A program made the position numbers and the translations under genes. Shown in pieces: positions 49,901 to 63,084 of a stretch of 64,000 nt of DNA (the stretch's first letter is position 1; each line of letters opens with the position of its first letter). The DNA comes from Takakia lepidozioides. Lineage: Eukaryota; Plantae; Bryophyta. The stretch covers positions 17,050,001 to 17,114,000 of the forward strand of contig CM060734.1 of the NCBI GenBank assembly GCA_030704615.1, read 5' to 3'. A model generated the notes under the pieces. The model worked only from the letters and a program-made list of their open reading frames with translations. It made no database searches and was not told the DNA's origin.

Positions 49901-52900
49901 GACTCGGGTGGGGATTTTCTTCCTCGTAGCTCAGACCACTTAAATGCTGGTCCAGTTGATAGTGTTGAGATTAGGGAGAGCAAGGAGGATGCCCCTGCAA
50001 GGAGAAACAAAACAGACTCAGGAAAGGGCAGGATGGCTGATACTCATTTCAGTAGCTCAATGGAGACTGATGACATTGACGTCCATCAATCGACGCTATC
50101 CAAGATGGGCCAGATGGAACACTCAATGGTCACTGTGAACAAAGGCAAACGAAAAAGAAGGGAAACTGTGGACAAGGAAGAAGTGCGCAACAATGTCTTG
50201 CCTTCACCTATGGGCAGGGTGAAGAAAGGTAAACGCAAACGAAGCGAAACCGCGGACGAGGAAGAAGTGCACAATGATGTCGTTCCTTCACCTAGAATGG
50301 CCAGGTTGCAGCTTCTTGGAAATTGGAATGGGAAAGTGAAGGCTTCTACGACCTGCAAGAAGGTAGCACCAGCAGTGGAGGAGAGTACTGTGGATGAAGC
50401 TGTTCTGGAAGTTGGTAAGACAATGAAAGGGAAGCCGGGCCACAGAGCCATAAGGAGGCTCATAAGAGAAGTTGAGGAGAGTCCTGTATATAAGGAGGAA
50501 GCTGCTCTGGAAGCTGGTAAGACAAAGAAAGAGAAGCCTTGCCACCAAGCAGTCAGGAGACTCACAACAGCAGTGGAGAAGAATCATATATGTAAGGAGG
50601 ACGCTGCGTTGGATGGTGTTAAGACAAAGAAAGAGAAGCCGACTCTCCGAGCAGTCCATAGGTTCATCACAGCGGTTGAGGAGAGTCCTGTGTGTAAGGA
50701 GGAAGCTGTTCTGGAAGGTGGTGAGCCAAATAATGAGAAGCCCTGCCTTGAATCAGTTAATGAGTTCACTACAGCGGTGGAGAAGAGTCCCGTGTGTAAG
50801 GAGGAAGCTGTCCTGGAAGGTGGTAAGAGAAAGAAAGTGAAGCCACGCAGCAGAGCAGTCAGGGGGCTCACAACAGTGGTGGAGGAGAGTTCTGTGTGTA
50901 AGGAGGAAGCTGTCCTAGATGATGGTAACAGAAAGAAAGAGAAGCCGAGGCACAGAGCACTCACAACAGCAGTGGAGGAGAGTTCCGTGTGTAAGGAGGA
51001 GGCTGTTATGGATGGTGGTCAGAGAAAGAAAGAGAAGCCAAGACACAGAGCAGTCAGGGCTCTCACAACGGTGGTGGAGGAGACTTCTGTATATAAGGAG
51101 GAAGCTGTCATGGATGGTAGTAAGAGAAAGAAAGTGAAGCCAAGCCACGGAGCAGTCAGGGCGCTCACAACAGTGGTGGAGGAGAGTTCTGTGAGTAAGG
51201 AGGACGCTGTCATGGATGATGCGAAGAGAGAGAAAGAGAAGCCAAGCCATGGAGCAGTCAGGGTGCTCACAATAGCGGTGGAGCAGAGTTCTGTGTGTAT
51301 GGAGGAAGATGTCTTGGAGGGTGGCATGAGAAAGAAAGAGAAGCCAAGGTACGGAGCAGTCAAGGGGCTCACAACAGCGGTGGAGGACAGTTTGGTGTGT
51401 ATGGTGGAAGATGTCCTGGATGGTGGTTCAAGAAAGAAAGAGAAGCCAAGCCACGGAGCAGTCAGGGGGCTCACAACAGCGGTAGAGGAGAGTTCTGTGT
51501 GTAAGGAAGCTGTCATGAATGGTGGTAACAGAAAGACAGAGAAGCCAAGGCACGGAGCAGTCAGGGGGCTCGTAAGAGCGGTGGAGGAGAGTTCTGTGTG
51601 TAAGGAGGATGCTGTCCTCGATGGTGGTAAGAGAAAGAAAAAGAAGCCAAGCCACGGAGCAATCAGGGGGCTCACAACAGCAGTGGAGGAGAGTTCTGTC
51701 TGTAAGACGGAAGCTGTCATGGATGGTGTTAAGAGCAAGAAGGTGAAGCCAAGCCACGGAGCAGTCAGGGCACTCAGAACAGCAGTGGAGGAGAGTTCTG
51801 TGTGTAAGGAGGAAGCTCTCTTGGATAGGTGTAAGAGAAAGCATGAGATGCCAAGCCACGGAGCAGTCAAGAGGCTCACAACAGTGGTGGAGGAAAGTCC
51901 TGTGTGTAAGGAAGGAGCTGTCCTAGAGGTTGGTAGGACACCAGGAAGTACCCATGGACTGGAGCTTGCCTGTCAGCAGAATGTCAGTTTGCAGGGCAGT
52001 TCAGCCAAGATTAGGCAACGAAAGGATATAGTGGGTCCCACCTCCGTCGGATGTGTAAGATGTTCAATCGACGGCTGGGCATGGCGCCATTGGGCTCGAA
52101 ATGGAGCCAAGCGAAGGTTGTTGAAGGTGGGAAGTCTGACAGGCAATGTCCCTACTCCGCTACGCTCAAACATCAGTGGTCCCAGCAATCTCCAGTCTGC
52201 GCGAACGAACCGTGCCAAACTCCGCAAACTTGCCGTTGCTGCAGAGGGGTCAGACATGCTGAGGTTCAATCAGCTCAAGGTCCAATCTTTTCTCATTTTC
52301 TCTTAGACTAGCTGCAGCAATTGAAGTCCTAGGAATGTTGCTTTCCAAGTCCTGTTGTGTGTGCATTACTCACACGGTGGTAAGGTTGCAAATTGTCTTT
52401 ACTGGTGTGACGAAGACGGGCTCATCAGAATTTCATCAACTGCAGCATGGGCTCAATCCATTTTGCTTCAAGCACTTCGCTGCCTGGCATAGCACTCTGC
52501 CCTGAGCTGACAATGTGTGCTAATGGAACCCTATGTATGGAAGTATTTCTGTTTCAGCCTTCACTTTGGTGGGTGGTTAGTCATACATTTAAAACAGCCA
52601 TAAGGGATCATGTCCAGCACCACTTCAACACTGATGTCTCCAAACACTTTCCTCCAAAACAAAAGAGAGCTTTGGACTATGTTTTCGCAGTCGCAATATT
52701 TCTCCCACCATTGAGACTTCTTGCAATCTTCCCCCGGTTCATAACACTGCTCTGGATTCCAAGTCTCTCTTGCTTGCCTGTTGTGTGTAAGTTGTATGAG
52801 GTTAGATGGCATGCTTGCATGCAGGTCTTTGTACAAATTTAAACATGTGCTCTGTTTGGGGATTTTGGGTGGCAGGCCCGCAAGAAGCTGCTGAAATTCC

Positions 52901-54460
52901 AACGTAGCAAGATCCATGACTGGGGCTTGGTGGCACTGGAGCCTATTGATGGGGAGGACTTTGTCATTGAATATGTGGGGGAGATCATTCGACGCCAGGT
53001 TCCTCTCTGTCCTTTCTCACATGAGAAAACCTCATACATAGCTTTTGAAATCAAAGGTATCCATATACTTGTAGGACTGGAGGGAAACAGCTGCTATTAC
53101 GGTAAGGAATCAATCAATTCAATATTTGGATAGTCAAATGGCAATACCAAAACTTCAAACCACAGGAAACAACAAGAGCTGATTACAAGGCTAAAGTGAG
53201 AGCTTGTGTGGTATTGGAACAGGTTTCAAATATAAGGGAGCGCCTATATGAGACCATGGGAATCGGCAGCAGCTATCTTTTTCGCATTGATGACGAGCTT
53301 GTGGTGGGTCCTTTGAGCTGTTCCCTTCTGCTACTAAACAATCAATATGTAGATTGCAGGGGCCGAAATTGCTTTAAGAGTGCTGATAACCTTATGAGAG
53401 ACAGTCAGGCTGAACATACTATGTAGAGGCTGGAAGACGAACCATAAATTCTTTGCAGAGGCTAAATTCGAGTTTCATAGGTCTGAATGCCATCTTCCAA
53501 TAAAATGAAAGCCTGGAATTGTTGTAAATGCACAACCCGTGATTCTCCTGATTTTCAGGCTGACAAGAACTAGGTGAGGAAATAACTTTTTGGGTCACTT
53601 TGAGCCTATTCTGATTTCTGGTCCGGCGTCCACCAAGTGAAAGGCTTTGTACTGTGACACGCAGGTGGATGCAACCCGGCGGGGTGGGTTGGCTAGATTT
53701 ATCAATCATTCTTGTGAGGTGAGGCCTTGCTGCCCCCTTTCTCCTTGTGTGTGGTTTTGAGAAGGATAGCCACCCTTATGATCTCCCTTGTTTTAGTGGT
53801 TGATGCAAATGCCAATGACACATTCTACTTTCTTTCTTTCTGTTGGTTTCTCTCTGAGTCTAGTAACAACTGCTAGTCATCTGAGGAAAGCATTTGGCGA
53901 TTGTGCAGCCTAATTGCTACACAAAAATAATAACAGTGGAGGGGCAGAAGAAAGTCGTGATCTATTCAAAACGTGCCATATTGGCGGGTGAGGAGCTTAC
54001 ATACGACTACAAGTTTCCATTAGAGCAGGAGAAGATCCCCTGTTTCTGCAGTGCTCTCAGGTATAGCCCGACATCATGTGGTGCTATCCCTCTTTCGCTG
54101 GCCCAGTTCATTACCAAGGCGGTATAGGCATTGAAAATTTAGGTGTCGGTTTGTGTTTTGTTGCTATATATCAGCCATTTGTTTCCTCACGACCCGGAAC
54201 AGAAGAGAGCAAGGATGGCCGAGGTGACTACTTTATTGACTTCTGTTGAGTTGCGGTTTGTTGGGTTGGCCTTAAGCTGAAGGCAACATTTCATCAGCAG
54301 TTTATTATTCCTTGCATTTAATAATTAGGTCCCGATTGGGTGGGGTGCTTCAGATCACACGAGCTCACTGCAATGGAATAATACCAGATATTAAGAAGAT
54401 CATTCACACAGTGTGATTTTACTCATTGATTGTGACAGATGTCGAGGTTCTTTGAACTAG
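43917..54460 (+). CDS. ATXR7: SET1-family histone-lysine N-methyltransferase ATXR7/SDG25 orthologue
   Basis: Exons: 43917-45992, 46285-46401, 46639-47058, 47484-47573, 48092-48331, 48925-49060, 49371-52279, 52876-52998, 53223-53303, 53665-53718, 53909-54060, 54439-54460; all GT-AG and phase-consistent. Two GYF-like motifs (GWVYQNG..; [19 protein letters not shown]), [47 protein letters not shown], post-SET CFCSALRCRGSLN*. Start codon and small middle exons are less certain. Confidence 0.93.
44127..44676 (+). repeat. In-frame 276-bp (92-aa) tandem duplication in ATXR7 first coding exon
   Basis: [30 protein letters not shown]...[10 protein letters not shown] occurs twice, at 44127 and 44403. 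Confidence 0.95.
50372..51940 (+). repeat. Coding minisatellite, 16 x ~102 bp (34 aa) in ATXR7
   Basis: Consensus [34 protein letters not shown]; unit starts 50471, 50573, 50675, 50777, 50879, 50972 ... 51887. Confidence 0.97.
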
Positions 54461-57400
54461 ATATGGTTTTCGGAGGCGCTGGGTTCACTCTCTGGTCGGC
54501 AAACAGGATATTAGCGGTGTCAAGGTATGGATGGTGAGCTTGACCAAGATGTAGTTGTTTCCAGAAATTTTCTATTTCCATATCCACCCGTCTGGCAAGG
54601 TGGATACAATTCAAGAGTTGAACACTCATTGCTGATGAATATGGGGGCCAGCCCTCTCTTTGGAGGTTCCTGTGTGCATACCCTGTTGAGGATGATGAAG
54701 GATGCCTTGGACCCTTGGGTCAATAGGTTGTGCTGGAATGTTGTCTACCACCAGCCAATGGCGCCTAGAGCATAGCAAGGCATAGAATAATACCGAGGGT
54801 TTTGTTGGGTTGTTGTGTACATGTGAATAACATTCGTAAATACAGATGACATGGTCAGCATGTAAGCTATCAGTCATGTTGGAAGGTTTTTTGTCTGCTA
54901 GACTGAGGAATAAGAAGAACGGACCTTTGAGCAAGTGCTTCTATATGAGGATAATTGTGAGCTGGTGGGTGAATAAGAGCTATGAGACAAGATTGCAAAT
55001 CAAGCATCTTGCTCTACTGTCTTATAAACAGTCTGTGGAAGGAAAGTAAATGATGCTCTGTCTCCACTTCTTGCATGAGGTGCTCATGATGTCTATGTTT
55101 GATATTGTGGGTAGTGACCATTTAATAATAACTTCTCTAGATAGAGAGACATATGTTGTTTGCCCAATTGTGGATGAAGCAAACCTGGGTCTTAGGGCCT
55201 CTTTCCGTGTGACCCCCTGACCCGTGGATGATGTAGGGCAGAGTCTGGGTCACCCCGTTTATGGTCCAGGGGTAAGGGCGACGATCCACCCATGGATACC
55301 AGGAGCCACCTTCTAGCCAGGTCGTGAGACCGTCTCTTCGCCTCTATGAGACGGACAGAGCGATCACGGTTGGTCATCCTGCGAGTCCGACTTGCTACAG
55401 CAGGTTGGAGAGAACTGCCTGGATTCATGGAACCCAAGAGCCCGCTATTTGCGGCAGTTACAAACTGGGTTGAGAGGGTGGAAAGGTCATAGTGCAAGGC
55501 ATTACCAACCAGTGCTTGGATAAATGACGTCAGCTTCAGGGGTCACATGGAAAGCGCAGCTTCTTTACTCCCTCGAAGGTGTGAAGGTTTTGTGTAGGCT
55601 TGGCCTGAGGCTCTATCCTAAAACAAGTTAGGATCTCTTCCTGTATTTTCTGAGAAAAGAGAAAAGGTTTAAGGTGTAATGAAGGATAGAGAGAGTGAAT
55701 ATTATCTCTCGTGGTTTACTGATAATAGTAAACTTGAGCATCAACGTGGAGCACATAAATAGAACGTACATAATGCCAAGTAGTTGCTCGTGGATTCAGA
55801 ACTTCACCAAGTCCATTGAGCATTTAAACCCCTGAATTTGTTCCCAAAATGATCCATGTTTTTGGCTTCTGTTGCATACTACACTCCCGGAGCTATGCAT
55901 TCCTTCCCTAACCAGCTTTTGTGGAATTTTCCATCATTTGTGTCTTGTCCAGAAATTATGATACCTTTGGTCTGTCACTATCTCGCAGAGTTCAAAAATC
56001 TCAAATTCCCTTTGGGATTAGCAGGGGTCCAATGAATTGATGGGGCTGGTTGAAAGCAACTAGTCTGCAAGTTGTATCAAGACCTAGTTCACATCTTGAG
56101 TTCACTTTGGTTTGAGCTCTTTCCATCCACATTGAAGCTGGCAACCGGTGTCAGATTGTTTCCAAAAGATCATGAGGGCTCTGGTAACTATTCCATGCAA
56201 GCAATATTTCAGAAACTTTGCAATACATCTGCATATGCAAGGGTTTCTACCAATCACATAATCTGTGTATGACTGAAAAAGACTCGGTGCCTGAGTCAGT
56301 TTCAGTAGATCCGTTGGCATTTTCTTTTATGCCTACCTTCTTCACCGTTGCTATCAGGATCTCTAAGACCCTGCAGCCAGATGGATTGTAACACTCCTTG
56401 TAGTGACAGTTGGTGGGACAGGGGGGGTTCACTTGCTAATACAAGGTCTCCCACCAAGCCTGGTTGTGGTTATCTCGTCAGCAACAGACTGTCTTGAGGA
56501 CATTTGGGAGGAGGGGGACAAGGGAAACTGCTGCTGCCATTGTTGAGGTATACCTTAGACGGCTGAGACATTGTTTTTCCCTGATACAGTCATGAGATAT
56601 AGAGACATTGCTTTCTTGATATTGTTCAAACATATATGGAGCTGTAATCCACACAGCAAATGTGACTCCCATGCTTCTTCAATGCTAGCCTGAAATTCTC
56701 GCATTTTCTTTCAACTAAATGTCTTAAGAGGAATGATCATTTTTGTCAGTTGCACATTGCATATTCATGTGGGAAGCTCTCATTAGCATTTGAACACTGT
56801 CGACCTATTCTCATTCCAATCCAGCAGCCCAGGCAAGCCTCGTGTAATGACTCTTAATCCAATGGATTTTCTTTGTTGATAAGGGAATGATTAAATTGCA
56901 AGCACTTTCTATGTACTGCTTGAGCCTGCTTTACTGTCTTACTGTCACAATTTAGTTGCTATCCATTGTTGCATCACCAAGTGCGGGGGTGAGCTTTCCT
57001 GAAAATGACATCTGTTTAGTCATAACCAGGCCTCTTTAGGCATGCCCTTGTTGGATCAAGTATGGCACACTCTGTCTCCAGCAACACATAGGTACCCCAT
57101 GATTCTACTAGTCATGGATCTGCAGCTTCAAAGCTGGACACATAAAGATCTAGTGGCTGCCATGCAATTCCTCCAAATCCAGTACCTCGCATGCTCTGTC
57201 AACATGACATTTTGTTTGTTACCTTCAAAATTCCTCGGCTTGGCCTTCTTCAAAATTGGAATTGTGAGAGTTGTTTTGTTGTGCGATCATCAGCGCAGCT
57301 GGTTTCGACTGCCCTACCAAATCATCAATATACTTGCCCACGAATTTCGTACATTATATCATAAAGCCATCGGGGAAACGATTCCTATTCTTGCGGGGCT

Positions 57401-57819
57401 GCTGTCCCATGAAAACCAGTGCGAGACGAGTCAAACTGAGGTAACCAGTTGTGTCTCAGCGTATTGGTTCTTAGAGTGTGCTGTATGTCCATTCAAGGTA
57501 GCGGCGATGTTTACGGATGTGACGTCAGAACTCAGAACCTCCCACCCCAAATTGTGATGTGCAAATTGTGCTGTACCTCTTCACAAACATACGCTGTGAA
57601 TAGATGGAGGCACTCCTACTAGAAAGGCAAGCAGAGATCACTCGCTCAGACGACGGTGAGGAGATGACAGACAGGTAAAATATTGACATGTGCTGGGAAG
57701 TTCTCATTCTGTTGTTTGGGGGACGGGAGGAGCTAGAGATGATGTATGCTTGGAAAGGACAAGAGGAGAGGGACGGAGAAGTTGCAGCTGCAAATGATGG
57801 TTCACTCCCACGCGTGATC

Positions 57820-58900
57820 CTTGAAGCTGGATGATGGTTTGCCCTGTATAGAGGAGCCTGCTGTTGCAATCGATTCTTGCATCGGGATTGCAAGTACACG
57901 AATTTATAAATATCGTCCGCCTCTTTCTCACTCACAGGCGGGGATGGCATCGTCTTTCGGTGTTCTCCTGACCGCGCATGCCGACTCCGTACCCAAGGCG
58001 CCGTCCTCTCGTTTCGGTCATGCGAGAGGCCTCGCATCATGCTGCGATTGAGGGGCTGGGCCGTGCAGCTGAAAGCGGCATCTACCTTGGCAATGCGCGT
58101 TGAACGGAGTCCCTTGCATGTGGTTGCTATGGTGCCTCGCCAACCTTCAGGGATGCCATTCACACTAGGTGATAGCACGAAACACTTTGCGGGTTTCTTT
58201 CTTGGGTGGCTGTGCTGTATGCGGGGATTCAGGCTTTGGAATTGTCCTTTGAGCAATTCAGCCGAAACGAGTGTATTCTGGCCAAAGAAGCAAGAAAAGA
58301 CGGGATCGGGATAGTTAAACAAGGCCGATAATGAGTATATCTGGCACGTAGGTCAAGGCTGGAGCATGGAACAGCGCTGGCAGAAGATCCTTCGCAATGG
58401 TGGGACTGCAGCTTTGACAAGGTGAGATTTTTCTTCATGTCGGATGTGGACTGGATTGTACTCCTCGTTGTTGAGTGAAGTTAGAATCTCGCTTTGCTCT
58501 GCAAAAACTACTGTCAGTGTCGTAGGTACAATGTCCAGTCATTGCATGTGAAGTATGCATAGTTATCAATTGACAAGCTTCAACTTGGGAAAGCATGTGG
58601 AATTAACTTGTGGTGGATTTCGTGTAAGAGATTGTTTGTTACAATATCAGAAAAATATTTACATGTTGTTCTTCTTAAGAACGGAATGGAATTAGGATGC
58701 ACAAGGTCTTTTCCCTGGAGTTTGCAAGGTACTTGGGGTTGAGACTGTATGCTCCCTGGTCGTTTTCACGGACCGCTCCAGAATCTCCAGACTACAGACA
58801 TAAGCAGCGCACACAAGAGGGCTTGTGGATTGAGGGTTGGTTCAAAATTCCTTGGGTGAAAGGAATACTAATTGCCATGCCACAAGATCAAGAAAAGTCT
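57820..58900 (+). pseudogene. OSB-like (organellar ssDNA-binding, PDF-motif) pseudogene
   Basis: MEQRWQ[frameshift]EDPSQWWDCSFDK|gtgag intron...TAPESPDYRHKQRTQEGLWIEGWFKIPWVKGIL matches the PDF-motif consensus. Acceptor reads ttttcacg instead of ..cag. Upstream frames are fragmented. Confidence 0.7.
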
Positions 58901-59328
58901 CGTGATGGTGGAAAAATATTAGAGTGCAGTTCTGATTCTGGTGTAGATGCTCCTTCAAGGCTTGCAGATGAATGTGAGTATGAGTCATAGTGACCTGATT
59001 AGAGGGGCAGCCTTGTCATCCACAAGCTTGTTTAGCCTTGTCTTAGGATGCATCCTAAAATCAACACTTGTTTAGCTTGTTTAGCCTTGTCTTATGAGAC
59101 TCCTCACTTTAGAGAAGTTGAAGAAATATTTTTGGTTTGCTTGTTGATAGCCCGACACATCCTGCTTTCTTTCGTCCCATAAACTCTTTGAGTTCCCACA
59201 GATGCTATAAAGTTTCTCTCCTTATTTCTCCAACCTCAGGATTTGCTGGAAAGTTGTCCTAGCCACTTGGTGTACTGGTCTGGTTGTTCTTGGTTGTTTG
59301 ACAGTTGTGATTGGTGGTGTGAGTGCAG

Positions 59329-59470
59329 GGATGTATTTCGCCAGTGTTGGGGAGCTGGAGGCTTTGGTAGATAATGCCCGCGTGGTTGGTGTGACATACT
59401 TGGTGATCACACATCCCCTTTTGAGAAATGCAAGTTTATCGCTGATGAGGCAGGCCAGCTCGCTTTACCT
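59329..59470 (+). pseudogene. DNA2: Isolated decayed exon of DNA2-like SF1 helicase (motif II region)
   Basis: tgcag|..SVGELEALVDNARVVGVTYLVITHPLLR[frameshift]FIADEAGQLALP|gtaagt. Confidence 0.7.
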
Positions 59471-62400
59471 GTAAGTTTGTCATCCTTCATAGGTTGAGAA
59501 TGGGAAACCTTCCGTTTTGCGGATCACCTTCATAATCTCGTCAGACCGCATGGAACAAATATGAGCCCTGTGGTTCATAGAAATCATGGCAGCTGCTTGC
59601 AGAAGAACGTAATGTAAGGACCTTATGCTCACAAGAAAGTCTGCAACTGTGTGTCTCTAATCTCCTCAGATCCCTGCCATGTCTGAAGACATGAACATCA
59701 TGCAGTGATATTTAAATGCGCAACTCAACAAGGCAGTTTATATTAGTGCTGTTTTCTCAGATGTGTGTGTGCATGTCTCTCAATGCATGCAACTCAATCT
59801 GCTAAAAGCATGCTGTGAATGGGCATTTCTGTTGTTATTTTTAGTAAATCTTGTTGAGTGAAGCCCATAAAGATGATGCCCGTGGTGTGTGGTTGTAAGT
59901 GTCAGGATACCCAAGCAAGCGAGTAGGCCCGTTCGTAAAGCAATCAATCAGTTTCCGATCTGATTCCACTGGAGAGGACTTGGAGGGTTACGCAGGTGCT
60001 AGGCCCTATGATAGGTGCTTACAAATCGTCCCACCCATTGTCCGATATTCTATATGTACTCTAGAAGTTTCGTACCAAAGCCTCCCACTGCTTCGTGCCC
60101 CCTTGCGTGGCTTTTCCCCTTAGTATATCTTTGAGAACTCTGAAACCATATTCTCAGTAAGATACAACTGCGCTTTAATTCCTCTGCTCAACACTGAAAT
60201 TTCCAATTTCTGTTTGTGACCAGCTAGAGTGCAGGTCAGCCTCACAAATGATGCCCTTACCTGTGGGAGACCTGCAATTCTGTTCTGGGCAACCACCTGG
60301 GAGGTTGTAAAACTGTGGTCTGCAGTTTTGCAATAGGGGAACATACATTTAAGTACTCTCTCTCTCTCTCCTTTTATGGAGACTGGAGGTGCTTAGCAGC
60401 ACATGAGGTGTTTTGATACTTCATTTTGTTTTCCTCCTGCGGTTCTTCCATGTCATGTAGACCCTCCCTCTGGACCTTACATGGACCTATGTAAAATACT
60501 CGTTTTTCGATGCTTGTTGTTTGAACACAGTGTACCAATGGATTCGGAAGAGGAAAGGATTGGACACAGGGCGATGGCCACAAGGCTATAGCACTGAGCA
60601 AACAATGCTTACGAGTACATTCTCTCTGTATCTGTCAATGTAAGTCCTCTAATTATGGTTTGACAGAACCCAGTGAACCTAGTGAACATTGGTTTTCTCC
60701 CAAAGTCTTTTGATGGCTCCCTCACGCCTATCATGAAGGATGGTTGAAGCACCTTTTCCAAGAATCTTGTCTATGGCCATTCCTCTCTTGCATGATTTCC
60801 TCACCGACTGTGGAAGAGTACATGGAGGAGAACTATTCCAAGTGTCCTAATGTCTAGAAGCCTATTGATAGTACTCACTCTGATTGGAATTGGCTAGGGA
60901 GATATGCAAATCCCCTAGGGATGATTGGCCCGATGGTTTACTTAGGTATGTTTCCCCTCATTTAATCTCCCGATACCCTTTGTTCGTAAATTTTCTATCT
61001 TCCTCATTTTTGTTTTCTCGTCCTTCCTAATTTTGTTGATTTATTCGTGAACAGTCCGCCCTCCTCATGTCAATGATATTATCTGACTTTAGCTTTTGCT
61101 TCACAGATTGACACGACGGGAGGTCTCCCGTCCTTTTTCAATTTGAGGATGTTATATGTTTTGATATTACCTTTTTCTTGTAATTTAGCATATTGGACAT
61201 TTTGAATATTTGGTCATTTGTTATCGCTTGGAGTCTTTGAAGTAGTTGGAGAGGGACGTGAACAGTCCTCCTACCTGATGTTAACGAAATTTTCTGATTT
61301 TAGTTTTTGTTTCCTGCAGTGAAACCAAAGTCTCAGAAACTGAAATCAAGCAAGAGCAAGGAATGAAGTCGGGCCGGAAAGGAGCTAAAGTTGAGGTATA
61401 AGAGCCTTTCGTCAACGGAAGACTCTAGATCCGCAAAAAATGTTCTGATACCCATGTACTTCGCAGAAATGCTAGGATAATATATTCCCCGAACTTGTCT
61501 TATTGTTCGGATGATACTCATCAGTCTGTTGGAAATTATCATATGTTACGATGAGCATAGAATTTTACATTACGTTTTGGCGCGCTGATATCTGGAGTGC
61601 CATTTTTTTTCCACTCATGTGAGGTATCCTCAGCTTTGAATGGGAGATTGACATCAACAATAAATGATCTTCTCAGTGCAATTTTGTGTAGTACTTTCAC
61701 TTTTGTCTTACTTCCACAAAGATTATTGTTCACTTGTGTAATGGTTTTTTGACTTATTCAAAGTAACGTTTGATCTTTCAGCCATGTACATGTGTCTCGT
61801 TTTATTTGTTTTACAATGCAATCTTTGTCATATATTGTCACTCTTGTGGATGGGGGTAAAGCAGGCACGCCGGAGGGCACCTCAAGAGCGACTGAGAATT
61901 TAGAGGGGTGGGAGACACTGGGAAAGGTGGCAGGACTGCAGTCCTAGACAAAGAGGAATGGGGCTGCGGGGGAAGAGTCGGCGATCAACCATGCAGATTT
62001 AATTAGGAGGTGCATGCAGTGGGCCAGCAAAGCAGGGTTAAGCAACTCAATGATTAGAAAGTAAGCACACCGGCTTGATTAGGACCAACAACGCAACGGC
62101 GTGAGCCGTGCCTCAATATAATGTGAATTTTGGTTCGTGCGTGGATTTTACTTATGGAAAGTAGTTTTGTTCTTTTAGATCCCGAGGCATGGCTGTCCGC
62201 CTTTGATGGTAGTGTACTCCTATCGTCACACCCCGACCCCGACCCCAGTATATGCAAGATTTAGGGTTTCATCTATGTACATGGAGCTGCATTCTGTATT
62301 GATATTTAATTGGGACATGTGACGATGGGAGATCTCCCCTACCTTCCTCGCATATGCACGGCCTTCTAAGTGTTGATGTGGACCCTCGGTAATATTTTCC

Positions 62401-63084
62401 AGGGACTTTCTATGTTGATACCTTTGACTGAGACATTGGACTACAGAAGATCTCTTTTATTTGACTACAACATATAGGTTCTCAAGTTGGTATGAGGGAT
62501 GTGGCTCAGACAAGTCCACATCGACACTGTCGTAAAGTATTTCGTTAAAGGGAGAAACAGGTTAATGATAATGACAGGAGATATCCTGTGATCACAGAAC
62601 TTCAAAACAAACAATGTATGATATATATTTGGAATAAATCAACCAAAGTATCAAAATCTCCTTTTATTTTATTATCTATTACGTATTTTTATTATTTTAT
62701 AATATATTTATATATATAAATGTTATTTCTCGACTTTTGAAAGTCCAGATTTACTTAAAATTGAGTTCAATCAGCCATGGCCGTTCTGGACAAGAAGCGC
62801 GACAAAACAAAAGCTAACCGAAGTGAACCCCACACAAAGTTAAGAGAAGCAAGAGCAAGAGAAGCGCGAAGAGAACAAAGAGCGCATGAAGGATAAGAAA
62901 GCACAGCGAGAAGGAAAAAAACGAAGAATGAAACTAACAACGACGCCAACTAGGTGTAACCATAAGACACGTCGATTTAGCAAAAGATGGTGGTTCAATT
63001 AATTTTGGCAACATACAATTAATTATATGCGTAGTGGCACACACATGTCAAGGTGACACTCTGGCTGTCCTGAACTCCCGCCAC

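Noticed and set aside
50086-51879. Long antisense and alternative-frame ORFs (e.g. 286 aa at 51019-51879, minus strand)
   Set aside because: They are shadows of the ATXR7 coding minisatellite.
50372-51940. Regular array as a possible CRISPR
   Set aside because: The whole 102-bp unit is homologous with no unique spacers, it lies within a eukaryotic exon, and there are no cas genes.
57525-58322. 265-aa minus-strand ORF
   Set aside because: No recognisable motif; it lies antisense to the OSB-like relic and is probably a shadow.
60090-60125. Possible Helitron 3' terminus after the gene fragments
   Set aside because: The hairpin is weak and the end reads CTTAG rather than CTRR, which is insufficient support.
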